Below are positions 16,039 through 24,735 of a DNA stretch of 48,322 bases, piece after piece. Numbering within the stretch: the first letter of the stretch is position 1; each line of letters opens with the position of its first letter. The translations under genes and the position numbers were made by a program. This stretch comes from Candidatus Uhrbacteria bacterium. Lineage in GTDB: Bacteria; Patescibacteriota; Patescibacteriia; UBA9934. Where the stretch lies: positions 69,332 to 117,653 of the forward strand of contig CAIKHN010000024.1 in assembly GCA_903827265.1 (NCBI GenBank). The letters run 5' to 3'. Under the pieces are notes generated by a model. That model searched no databases, was not told the DNA's origin, and was given only the letters and a program-made list of their open reading frames with translations.

Positions 16039-17781
16039 TTACACTGGCAATTTTCCTGCCTCTACTGCGCGGCTCACGATCTCGCTCCGTGGAATAATGA
16101 GCGATTCGTCGCTTCCGAAGACTTTCACTTGAATGTCTCCCCCGTCGCGCTCCTTTGCACCAACCACAATAGTCCAGGGCACTTTATTCATTGCGGCGTC
16201 ACGAATCTTCTTTCCCACTTTTTCCGGCGCGTCGTCCAGTGTTACGCGGACGCCGGCAGCTTCGAGATTCATCTTCATCGCCCTTGCGGTGTCAATAAAC
16301 TCATCGGCCACCGTTGCAACGCGAACCTGCTCTGGAGCAAGCCACATTGGGAAAGCACCAGCAAAATGCTCAATCATCACGCCGATGAATCGCTCGAGCG
16401 ATCCGAGAATCGCGCGGTGAATCATCACCGGGCGTTGCTTCACGTTTTCAGAATCTGTGTATTCAAGCTCGAATCGCTCTGGAAGATTAAAGTCGAGCTG
16501 AATTGTTGCGAGCTGCCATTCACGACCGATCGCATCAGTAGCGATAAAGTCGATTTTTGGCCCGTAGAACGCCGCCTCACCAACACCGAGGAAGTACTCC
16601 TGGTTCATATCGGCGAGCAATTCTTTCAGCGTTCCCACAGCCTTCTCCCACACTTCTGCGCCGCCAAGATACGCTTCTGGCTTTGCAGGATCGTTCACCG
16701 ACAAGCGAGCCTTGAGCGGCATCTGGAATGCCTCGTAGAATTTCGTGATGATATTCGCGATTGCACGAGCCTCGTCCTTCACCTGATCAAGCCGGCAGAA
16801 CACGTGCGCGTCGTCTTGAGTGATCGACCGAACACGCGACAGCCCCTGAAGTTGTCCGGTATTCTCGTCGCGATACACGGTGGTCACTTCGCTATAACGA
16901 AGCGGCAAATCGCGATAGCTTCGGCCACGTGACGCAAAAATTTGCGTGTGATGCGGACAGTTCATCGGCTTTAACACAAATGCGTCGTCCGTCTTCTTGC
17001 TCGACACATGGAAAATGTCGTCCGCAAATTTATCCCAGTGTCCACTCGTTTTATACAAGTCGCTCTTTGCCATGTGCGGAATGGTCACTTTGGTGTATCC
17101 GTACGGCTTCATAAGTGCCCAAACGAACGCGACAAGCTGTTCACGAAGCACAGTGCCGCGAGGCGTGAACAATGGAAGGCCTGGTCCGACCAGTGGGGAA
17201 AACGCGAAGAGATCGAGCTCAACGCCGAGCTTTCGGTGATCGCGCTTCTTTGCTTCCTCGAGCATCGCAAGATGCGCATCGCGCTCTGCTTTTGTTGGAA
17301 ACGCAATACCGTAAATACGCGTCAGCTGATCGTTATGTTCATCGCCGCGCCAATATGCTCCAGCGAGTTTCGTGAGCGAAAAACATTCTGGATCGAGTGC
17401 GGCAATACCGTCAGCATGACCGCCGCGACACAGATCGGAATAATTTCCTGACGTGTAAAGGGTCAGCGTCTGCCCATCGCCAGCAAATTCATCGATAAGT
17501 TCAACCTTGTATTTGTTATCTGCGAACAGCGATCGAGCTTCGTCTGTCGTGACTTCTTTTCGATGGAATGCGATCCAGTCCGGCATCAGCTCACGCATCT
17601 TTGCTTCAATCTTTGGAAGATCTTCTTCTGAGATTGGCGTAGAAAATGCGAAGTCGTAATAGAACCCGTCATCGATAGCTGGGCCAATCGTGCGTTTTGC
17701 ATCCGGATAGAGTTCGAGCACTGCCGCTGCGAGCAAGTGCGCGAGTGAGTGTCGGAGATGTTGTAAATCTTCAGAGTTCAT
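16039..17781 (-). CDS. thrS: threonine--tRNA ligase (no N-terminal TGS domain)
   Basis: HSLAHLL (editing/SAD HxxxH), class II motifs (FRDE-like YRDENTGQLQGLSRVR, GVGEAAFYGPK) and a C-terminal anticodon-binding domain. The ATG at 17781 is preferred because the upstream 108 nt of the ORF overlap the T-box terminator. Confidence 0.93.
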   Translation of the reverse strand: MNSEDLQHLRHSLAHLLAAAVLELYPDAKRTIGPAIDDGFYYDFAFSTPISEEDLPKIEAKMRELMPDWIAFHRKEVTTDEARSLFADNKYKVELIDEFAGDGQTLTLYTSGNYSDLCRGGHADGIAALDPECFSLTKLAGAYWRGDEHNDQLTRIYGIAFPTKAERDAHLAMLEEAKKRDHRKLGVELDLFAFSPLVGPGLPLFTPRGTVLREQLVAFVWALMKPYGYTKVTIPHMAKSDLYKTSGHWDKFADDIFHVSSKKTDDAFVLKPMNCPHHTQIFASRGRSYRDLPLRYSEVTTVYRDENTGQLQGLSRVRSITQDDAHVFCRLDQVKDEARAIANIITKFYEAFQMPLKARLSVNDPAKPEAYLGGAEVWEKAVGTLKELLADMNQEYFLGVGEAAFYGPKIDFIATDAIGREWQLATIQLDFNLPERFELEYTDSENVKQRPVMIHRAILGSLERFIGVMIEHFAGAFPMWLAPEQVRVATVADEFIDTARAMKMNLEAAGVRVTLDDAPEKVGKKIRDAAMNKVPWTIVVGAKERDGGDIQVKVFGSDESLIIPRSEIVSRAVEAGKLPV

Positions 17782-17789
17782 AGCAGAGG

Positions 17790-17940
17790 CTATCGTGAAT
17801 AAAAAATACCCGATCCGAGCACAATGCTCACGATCGGGACCGAGCTCAGCTCGGTGGTTCCACCCGAATTCCCTTCTTCCGAAAGGCACTCACTGAATTT
17901 GTATTCGACTCGCGGGTTGGTAGTCCGGTCGTTGCCGATG
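17790..17940 (-). promoter_or_regulatory. T-box riboswitch leader (Thr specifier ACC) controlling thrS
   Basis: - Specifier: the minus strand has a specifier hairpin loop ACUACCAAC at 17924-17916.
- T-box core: GGGUGGAACC.
- Antiterminator: UCGGG/UGGAACC bulge/ACCGAGC-UGA-GCUCGGU/CCCGA at 17867-17834.
- Terminator: a mutually exclusive terminator CCCGAUCGUGAGC-AUUGU-GCUCGGAUCGGG plus UAUUUUUU at 17838-17801. Confidence 0.85.
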
Positions 17941-17945
17941 AAAAC

Positions 17946-17974
17946 ACTATAGAACGAACGCAAAACACGCGCAA
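17946..17974 (-). promoter_or_regulatory. sigma70-like promoter TTGCGC-17-TATAGT driving the thrS leader
   Basis: On the minus strand, TTGCGC at 17974-17969, 17-nt spacer, TATAGT at 17951-17946. Confidence 0.6.
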
Positions 17975-17979
17975 GTGGA

Positions 17980-19131
17980 CTATTCCGTAATAACAATCTT
18001 GATATGATCCTTCAGCGTTGGCACACGTTCAAGCCAGAATGGAGTAAAGCTTACTGACGCGTCCTTCACCGCTTCCGATGCGCGAAGCAACGTCAGCACC
18101 TCATTCGGCGCACGACCAACAAAACGATCCTTATTCAACACCGCGGAGTCTTCTGAGAGAATCGCCTTTCCTTCAAGATACACGCCAAGTGTTGCCGTTC
18201 CCTTTTTTACATCCGCACTCTTCACCGACATCTGCACGGCGTCCGTAGAAACATTCTCTGCAGCGTATCCGTCAGGAACGCGGCTGTACAGCTGCGACAG
18301 TGCGTATTTCTTTACCGAATTCTGATCGTAATAGACCGCCGTCACGTCCATGGAAAGCGTAACGGTAAAACTTCCAACATCAGCACCAACTGCAGCACTC
18401 GCGCCTTGAGAAGTTACGGTTGACGTATATGATTCGCCAGTGAAGACGTTTCGATCAACGCCAGCCGACAGCGCTGCTTTTGCCTTTTCAAGTTGTGACG
18501 TTGAAACAGACGACACCGCGTCGTCGATATCTTTCTGCGTCAAAACACGCTTGTATGACACTCCACCCTTCATCGACTCTACACTCACTGCGTAAATGGT
18601 TTTCTGCATAGACTCTGGCAGTCCTGGAATAGTGAATTGCGTTGGACCAATTTCACCGGAGAGCCCAGCTTTGTCTGCATGAGCGATCACGTCGACCTGA
18701 CCTTTCGACGGAACGTTCACTGCGGAATCGATTCTGAAGAGCACACCATCCTTCGAAAGCAGCCGTGTTGTTGCAACGAGCGCTTGCGATGATCCGGATT
18801 CGTTAATAATCGTTACCGTTCCTCCAGCCTTTTCCTCAACCGCCGTTCCGCCGTCTGTTGGGAGCGTAATCACTTCCTGAGTGTTGAACGACTGCTTTGA
18901 AACGATGCCGCTCAATTCACCATCATTCGCCGGGTTCGCTACCGCTTGCACTTCCGTATCGACCGAAATCACTCGAGGATTCGCAATAATAGTGATCGTT
19001 GCTCGAGAAATAGATAAATACAGCACCGCGAGCAACAGAAAAAACGTCATGAACACAAACGCCACCGCAATCCGCTGATACACCTTCAGCGAACGCGATA
19101 GTGGCTGTGCTCCGCGAGTTTCACGTGCCAT
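17980..19131 (-). CDS. hypothetical N-terminally membrane-anchored extracytoplasmic protein
   Basis: A single N-terminal TM (IAVAFVFMTFFLLLAVLYLSI) followed by a beta-rich Ser/Thr/Val-rich domain. No motif recognised. Confidence 0.6.
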   Translation of the reverse strand: MARETRGAQPLSRSLKVYQRIAVAFVFMTFFLLLAVLYLSISRATITIIANPRVISVDTEVQAVANPANDGELSGIVSKQSFNTQEVITLPTDGGTAVEEKAGGTVTIINESGSSQALVATTRLLSKDGVLFRIDSAVNVPSKGQVDVIAHADKAGLSGEIGPTQFTIPGLPESMQKTIYAVSVESMKGGVSYKRVLTQKDIDDAVSSVSTSQLEKAKAALSAGVDRNVFTGESYTSTVTSQGASAAVGADVGSFTVTLSMDVTAVYYDQNSVKKYALSQLYSRVPDGYAAENVSTDAVQMSVKSADVKKGTATLGVYLEGKAILSEDSAVLNKDRFVGRAPNEVLTLLRASEAVKDASVSFTPFWLERVPTLKDHIKIVITE

Positions 19132-19139
19132 ATACGGAG

Positions 19140-19148
19140 ATTATAGCA
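19140..19148 (-). promoter_or_regulatory. extended -10 promoter TGCTATAAT, probable leaderless transcript
   Basis: The minus strand reads TGTGCTATAATCTCCGTATATG. Only 8 nt separate the -10 from the ATG at 19131, and there is no SD. Confidence 0.5.
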
Positions 19149-19182
19149 CAAAGCGAACGAATCAACGGGTGGCGCCGATTAT

Positions 19183-19320
19183 CGCGAGCGCCAGTGACGA
19201 GGGTGCATGTTTCGCAACGAGCCGCACAGTCGTCCAGCCACAGTCGAGCAGCGCAAGACGTCGTGGCGTGACGATCGTTGCGGCGAGTGAAGAAACATGT
19301 ACCCGAGTCACCAGCGAGCG
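19183..19320. other. GC-rich long imperfect hairpin (about 135 nt), possible structured RNA
   Basis: 19189-19213 pairs with 19292-19316 and 19214-19220 pairs with 19275-19281. That gives more than 30 bp, with tandem G.A/A.G mismatches and a 10-nt bulge. There is no U-tract on either strand. Confidence 0.5.
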
Positions 19321-19333
19321 AGGATTACTGGAA

Positions 19334-22300
19334 TCACACCCTCACATTCTCCTCCCCCACCACTTCCCTCACCTTTTTGACCACCTCAAGCGAGAGTTCC
19401 ACAGAATACTCGGTGGTAACCTTTCGCATTTCTCCACCAGATTCCACTAGAAGGAAAACGCGAGCTCGGCCAGGATGCGCACGGAAAATTTCACGAAGAC
19501 GTGCAATCATGTCGTGTGTTGGATTTTGAGGAACGGTAATTGACAATCCCTCAGTAAGCGATCCTGCAGGCGCAGCAACCGGTGCCGGAGCCTCCATTGT
19601 CATCGGAATGTCTGATGCATTTACATCAGTCCATCCTCCTCGAGCGAGCATTGATGCCAACGTTGGGATCTCGGATTCAGTAAACGCAATAACGCCATCG
19701 ACGAGAACAGAATATTCCACCGTTTCCGATTCTTCGCGCTTTCGATGCGATACTTTTCCCATAATCAGCAGCATCGCTTCGGGATTCAGCAACATACGAG
19801 CCGTCACGTACGTTTTTGGGAACACCACAGACTCAATACTGCCGGACGGATCCTCAATACGCACGAATGCCATCGGCTCATTTTTCTTCTTGGTAAAAAT
19901 CTGCTTAATGTTGCTCGCGACGCCGGCAATTTTCACCATCGCACCGTCGTCATACGTCGGAATCGCACTCGCCTTCACGATGTATGGAGAGAACTGTTCG
20001 TAAAACAAACCTGCGGGATGGGACGAAACATACAGTCCGAGAAGCTCTTTCTCCCATGTAAGCAACAAACTCGTTGCAATCTCCGGCACACTTCGGAACT
20101 CAATCTTCTGCTCAACGATCGACGTGCTCAACCCAAACAATGACGTCTGATTCCGTGCGAGTTCATGCTGAACATGTTTGTTATACAGCACGAGTGTGTC
20201 GAGGTTACCGACAAGCTGCGATCGATCACCGAATCGGTCGAGCGCGCCAGCTTTCGTAAGTGCCTCAAGCGTCTTCCGATTGAATGCACTCGTCTTTACT
20301 CTGCCGAGCACGTCGGCCAAATCCACATACGGCCCGCCACGCTTTCGCTCGCGAACAATCTCCTCCGCAACTTCTTGTCCAACATTCTTAATTGCGGAAA
20401 GTCCCCAACGCACATTCTTCGTGTCCTTCACCACCGCAAAACCCGCGAACGATTCGTTAATATCTGGCGCAAGCACTGTCAGCCCCATACGCCTACATTC
20501 CTCAACCTCGATGGTAATACGCTCGATGATCCCAGAATCCGAATTCATGAGCGCTGCCATGAACTCCCCCGGATAATGCGCTTTCAAATACGCCGTGCGA
20601 TACGCGATCATTGCATAACACGCCGCGTGAGATTTGTTGAATCCGTATGCCGCAAAGTCCTCCAGCTTCTGGAACACCTTCATTGCAACATCAGGCTTCA
20701 CGCCATTTTTAACGGAGCCGTCGACGAACTTCGCTTTCATCTTTTCCATCAACTCTGCAATTTTCTTTCCCATGGCCTTTCGGAGCGTGTCAGCTTCGCC
20801 TCCGGTAAAACCCGCCATGTCTTTCGCGACTTGCATGACTTGCTCCTGGTACACCGGAATACCGTACGTTTCGCGGAACGAGTTTTCCATGAGCGGATGC
20901 TCGTACACCACCTTTTCCGTTCCGTGTTTTCGACGAATAAAACTTTCAATAAATTGCATCGGACCAGGGCGATATAAGGACACCATTGCGATAATATCCT
21001 CAAACGCGCTTGGCTGAAGTTCTTTAATGTATCGTTTCATGCCGTCAGATTCCAACTGGAATACACCGGTCGTGTCACCTCGACCGAGCAATGCGAATGT
21101 CATCGCGTCATCGAGTGGCGCGTTATCCAAATCAACCACTACACCGTGCACCGCGCGAATAATATCGAGCGCGTCTTCAATAACGGTTAAGTTACTCAAC
21201 CCAAGGAAGTCCATCTTCACGAGCCCGACGGCTTCTGCGGAGTTGAGCGAATACTGCGTAATGAGCGCCATGTCCTCTTTCTGGCCCTGCTGCAACGGAA
21301 CGCGCTGAACCAGCGGCCTATCACCAATCACAATGCCGCACGCATGCTGCGAGGCATGGCGAGGATTGCCCTCAATTTTCATGGCAAGATCAATCACGCG
21401 TCGTGCCATTGGATTACCGTTGTACATCTGCTGCAAATCCGGCGCTTCGACAATCGCGACTTTCAGCGGCGTGTGCTTTCCTTGAATTGGCGGCGGCACA
21501 ACCTTCGCGATAACATCAGCCTCTTGAAATGACAGTCCAAGCACACGAGCTGCATCACGAACCGCAGCACGCGGCATAAGCGTTCCAAACGTCACAATGC
21601 CTGCCACGTGATCGGCGCCGTATCGTTTCGTGACGTATTCCAAAACCTTTCCACGACCACGATCGGCAAAGTCCGTGTCGATATCCGGCATGGAAACACG
21701 GTCAGGATTGAGGAAGCGCTCAAAGAGCAAGTTGTATCGCAATGGCTCGATGTCGGTAATACGTAGTGCGTAAGCGACGATGCTTCCGGCAGCCGATCCA
21801 CGACCCGGCCCCACCAACACGCCATTGTCCTTTGCCCACGTAATGTAATCCTGCACGATTAAAAAGTACGACGAAAATCCCATCTTCACGATGGTTGCAT
21901 ATTCAAACTCGAATCGTTCCATCACGTTTGGTGGAATTGGATCCGCGTAGCGATCTTTCAATCCCTGAATACACAAATCATGCATGACGTCGTTGTCCGT
22001 CTTTCCTTCTGGCAACGGGTAAATCGGCAAGAAATTCTTTCCAAGTTCCATGGTGTAACTCACATGATCGGCAATGCGACGCGTGTTTTCAATTGCCTCG
22101 GGAACATCGGCGAACGCAGCCATGATCTCCTCGGGAGTTCCAAATGAAAGATCGACGTCGTCCGTCGACGTCCGCCGGAAATCCTCAAGCGTTCTGCTGC
22201 GTTGAATACACAGCTGCGCTTCGTATCCCTCGCGGTCGTCTGAGTTCAAGTAAAAGACATTCTTCGTGGCGACAAGCGGAACATCAAGCTTTTTCGAAAG

Positions 22301-22885
22301 TGCTCGGAACGCATCGTTAATATCCACCTGCCGAGGCATGTCCGGATGATGAATAAGTTCGAGGAAAAAATTCCCCGCCCCAAAAATATCTTGATACTCG
22401 CGAATAAGCGCCTCCGCTTTTTCATGTTCGCCGCCAAGGTAGGCGTGCGCAATTTCACCGCTCACACTTCCCGAAAGCGCGATCAGTCCTTTGGAGTGAG
22501 CACGAAGAAACGCCTTATCGACACGTGGCTTGTAATAGAAGCCCTCAAGGAAGGCAGCAGACACAATCGCGAGCAAATTGCGATAGCCTTCCTCGTTCTC
22601 GACGATCAGCACGAGGCGATACGGACGATCGTCTAATCGAGGCCGACGATCGGTCATGCCGTGCTGCGCCACGAAAATATCGGCGCCAATAATCGGCTTA
22701 ATCTCCGCATCCTTACACGCCTTGTAAAACTCCACTGCGCCGTACAAGTTTCCGTTGTCCGTCAGCGCCAGCGCCGTCATTCCCAGGCTTTTTGCACGCG
22801 CAACAAGCGCCTTAGGCTTTGGAAGCGCCTCAAGGAGCGAATAATGCGAATGGACGTGCAAATAGACGAAATCTTTGGGATCCAT
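19334..22885 (-). CDS. dnaE: DNA polymerase III subunit alpha
   Basis: PHP domain start FVYLHVHSHYSLLEA, polymerase core (PDIDTDF), and a C-terminal OB region. The ATG at 22885 is preferred over the TTG at 22906. Confidence 0.95.
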   Translation of the reverse strand: MDPKDFVYLHVHSHYSLLEALPKPKALVARAKSLGMTALALTDNGNLYGAVEFYKACKDAEIKPIIGADIFVAQHGMTDRRPRLDDRPYRLVLIVENEEGYRNLLAIVSAAFLEGFYYKPRVDKAFLRAHSKGLIALSGSVSGEIAHAYLGGEHEKAEALIREYQDIFGAGNFFLELIHHPDMPRQVDINDAFRALSKKLDVPLVATKNVFYLNSDDREGYEAQLCIQRSRTLEDFRRTSTDDVDLSFGTPEEIMAAFADVPEAIENTRRIADHVSYTMELGKNFLPIYPLPEGKTDNDVMHDLCIQGLKDRYADPIPPNVMERFEFEYATIVKMGFSSYFLIVQDYITWAKDNGVLVGPGRGSAAGSIVAYALRITDIEPLRYNLLFERFLNPDRVSMPDIDTDFADRGRGKVLEYVTKRYGADHVAGIVTFGTLMPRAAVRDAARVLGLSFQEADVIAKVVPPPIQGKHTPLKVAIVEAPDLQQMYNGNPMARRVIDLAMKIEGNPRHASQHACGIVIGDRPLVQRVPLQQGQKEDMALITQYSLNSAEAVGLVKMDFLGLSNLTVIEDALDIIRAVHGVVVDLDNAPLDDAMTFALLGRGDTTGVFQLESDGMKRYIKELQPSAFEDIIAMVSLYRPGPMQFIESFIRRKHGTEKVVYEHPLMENSFRETYGIPVYQEQVMQVAKDMAGFTGGEADTLRKAMGKKIAELMEKMKAKFVDGSVKNGVKPDVAMKVFQKLEDFAAYGFNKSHAACYAMIAYRTAYLKAHYPGEFMAALMNSDSGIIERITIEVEECRRMGLTVLAPDINESFAGFAVVKDTKNVRWGLSAIKNVGQEVAEEIVRERKRGGPYVDLADVLGRVKTSAFNRKTLEALTKAGALDRFGDRSQLVGNLDTLVLYNKHVQHELARNQTSLFGLSTSIVEQKIEFRSVPEIATSLLLTWEKELLGLYVSSHPAGLFYEQFSPYIVKASAIPTYDDGAMVKIAGVASNIKQIFTKKKNEPMAFVRIEDPSGSIESVVFPKTYVTARMLLNPEAMLLIMGKVSHRKREESETVEYSVLVDGVIAFTESEIPTLASMLARGGWTDVNASDIPMTMEAPAPVAAPAGSLTEGLSITVPQNPTHDMIARLREIFRAHPGRARVFLLVESGGEMRKVTTEYSVELSLEVVKKVREVVGEENVRV

Positions 22886-22958
22886 GGGCGTAGAGTAACA
22901 GACCAAGCGAGCAAAGACGTTGTGGACAGCTTGCTAGCTAGACAAACACTCGTTTTTT

Positions 22959-22967
22959 TGCTAATAT
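22959..22967 (+). promoter_or_regulatory. extended -10 promoter TGCTAATAT
   Basis: TG-C-TAATAT lies 24 nt upstream of the ATG at 22991. Confidence 0.45.
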
Positions 22968-22990
22968 CAGCCACGCACCTGGGTACATTC

Positions 22991-23539
22991 ATGTTCATCT
23001 TCCTCCCGCCCGCTCCTCCGCCCTTCATGCCTTCGGTCTTCCGGCGGGTGCTCTACTCCACCGTCCCCAACGTCGACAGCCTCGTGCATCACCGTCGGAC
23101 GACTTTCATCGCCGCGATGGCGATCGCGGGCTACCTGGCCATGGCCTTCGCCGCCGTCACAATCGCCTTCCTCCTGTGCGGAGTTCCCCCCACGATCTCA
23201 TGCTACATCGGCGGATGGATCTGCCTCGCCGCGCTCATGTGGACGAGCCGCTGGCTCGCCAACACGAACGAGATGATGTTCACCTTCTTCTGGGGCGGAA
23301 TGCTGTACGTCGTCGATGACGGAACCATCAGCCTCACCACCAAAATCGGCGTTGTCGATCATCCCGCAATCGAGACCGCGGTTCGCGTGGAAATCCCCGG
23401 TGTGTTCTTCCTGGGTTACGCGTACTGCCAAGCGTACAAGCCGCACTACGATCGGACTGAACACCTGATCACGCGAGAAAACATCATGAACCCGATCAAC
23501 GTCTACCGCGATCGCAAGTTCAGGCACGGTTACGAGTAA
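22991..23539 (+). CDS. hypothetical membrane protein, GC-rich orphan
   Basis: 182 aa with 3-4 hydrophobic segments and a Pro-rich N-terminus (FLPPAPPPFMPS). G+C is clearly above background. It has its own promoter and terminator. Confidence 0.5.
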   Translation: MFIFLPPAPPPFMPSVFRRVLYSTVPNVDSLVHHRRTTFIAAMAIAGYLAMAFAAVTIAFLLCGVPPTISCYIGGWICLAALMWTSRWLANTNEMMFTFFWGGMLYVVDDGTISLTTKIGVVDHPAIETAVRVEIPGVFFLGYAYCQAYKPHYDRTEHLITRENIMNPINVYRDRKFRHGYE

Positions 23540-23548
23540 ACACGCACG

Positions 23549-23597
23549 AAGCCCCGTGAGAGTCACCGAAAGGTGGTGACTCCGGGGCTTTGCCGTT
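23549..23597 (+). terminator. GC-rich compound hairpin terminator
   Basis: AAGCCCCG ... CGGGGCTT enclosing AGTCACC-gaaa-GGTGGTGACT, with a weak T tail. Confidence 0.6.
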
Positions 23598-23617
23598 TCG
23601 TGCTACCATTTCTCTAT

Positions 23618-23878
23618 ATGGATTCCAAAGACATTCTCTACATGGTGCTCGCGTTTTGCGCGCTGTGGTTTACCGCGTTCCTCTGTTTTGCGCTGTACCA
23701 CATTGCAAGATTCATGAAACGCATGCAGGAACTTTCCAGCCACGTTCGTGAAAAAGTGGACGATGTACTCAACAGCGTCAACACGATCCGCATGAAGATC
23801 GAAGGACACGTGAGTGCCATCACATCGATTGGCGATGGAATCCGAAAAATTATGGACGCGTTGCGCGCCCGCGAATAA
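23618..23878 (+). CDS. small membrane-anchored coiled-coil protein (DUF948-like by eye)
   Basis: 86 aa with an N-terminal TM (ILYMVLAFCALWFTAFLCFAL) and then a helical region. Confidence 0.5.
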   Translation: MDSKDILYMVLAFCALWFTAFLCFALYHIARFMKRMQELSSHVREKVDDVLNSVNTIRMKIEGHVSAITSIGDGIRKIMDALRARE

Positions 23879-23886
23879 TTTCACTT

Positions 23887-24693
23887 ATGAAAAAATCAAC
23901 AAAGCGCCCTCTTCTTATTCTTGCCTGTATTGCTCTCATCATTTTCCACGTCTTTGCTATTCGCGAAGTACTTGGCCAACGCGTTGTATACGCCACGACA
24001 AACGCCGTCGCATACGCAAACGGCAATGCGGAGTTTGTTCTAGAAGATGCAACGCCTGACAACGTCAGCCGAATCTACCGCGCAACAGTTCCAGCGATTG
24101 GCGTTGCACCATGGTGGTACGCACCAGAGCTTCACGCGCGAGGCGGATCATGGGAACGACTCGTGTATACATTTATGGACACCGAGGGAAATTCTTGCGA
24201 CAACAGCATTTTATACATTGATCGTACCGAGAAGACTGCAGACATCGTAAAGGTCAATCAAGAAAATACCTGCATTCAAGGCGTTCTCGACGATCACGAT
24301 GTTACGCACTTTATCGCAACAAAATACGGAGCTCCAACGCAAACCATTTCTGTTGGAACGTTCAAAAACGGAGCGATTGTTGCGTCACATGCCGGACCGG
24401 AGCAAATGGCGCTCACCAAATGGGCATTCAACTGGGAGCTCAACAAGGCCGCACTCTACTTCGATCAAAAACTCGCGTGTAGCCTTGATGAAGACTGCAA
24501 AACCGCTCCCGTCGTCTATCTCTGGGACCTCACAACTGGAGCGTGGACTGCTGCGAAAATCCCAACATACGCTTCGCAGATTGCCGACGACGGAACAGCG
24601 CTCTCGTACGATAGAACGTCAAACACATTCACGCTCAACGTCGTGCTCGATAACGGCGTAAAACCATGGAACGGCGTCACGATACTTAAGTAG
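23887..24693 (+). CDS. hypothetical secreted/anchored protein
   Basis: N-terminal signal/anchor (LLILACIALIIFHVFAI). No motif recognised. Confidence 0.55.
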   Translation: MKKSTKRPLLILACIALIIFHVFAIREVLGQRVVYATTNAVAYANGNAEFVLEDATPDNVSRIYRATVPAIGVAPWWYAPELHARGGSWERLVYTFMDTEGNSCDNSILYIDRTEKTADIVKVNQENTCIQGVLDDHDVTHFIATKYGAPTQTISVGTFKNGAIVASHAGPEQMALTKWAFNWELNKAALYFDQKLACSLDEDCKTAPVVYLWDLTTGAWTAAKIPTYASQIADDGTALSYDRTSNTFTLNVVLDNGVKPWNGVTILK

Positions 24694-24701
24694 TACAGCA
24701 A

Positions 24702-24735
24702 GAAAACACCCACCGGATACTCGGTGGGTGTTTTC
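24702..24735. terminator. bidirectional intrinsic terminator
   Basis: GAAAACACCCACCG-gatact-CGGTGGGTGTTTTC. Confidence 0.85.

Noticed and set aside
15847-16932. 361-aa ORF on the plus strand.
   Set aside because: It lies entirely antisense to thrS, which has unmistakable ThrRS motifs. Its product is low-complexity and Cys/His/Arg-rich. It is a shadow ORF.
19169-19450. 93-aa plus-strand ORF across the GC-rich hairpin region.
   Set aside because: It runs into and overlaps the dnaE 3' end in antisense. The sequence is better explained by the long hairpin.
20165-20977. 270-aa plus-strand ORF, plus several other 60-130-aa plus-strand ORFs between 19608 and 22636.
   Set aside because: All are antisense shadows of dnaE and have no motifs.
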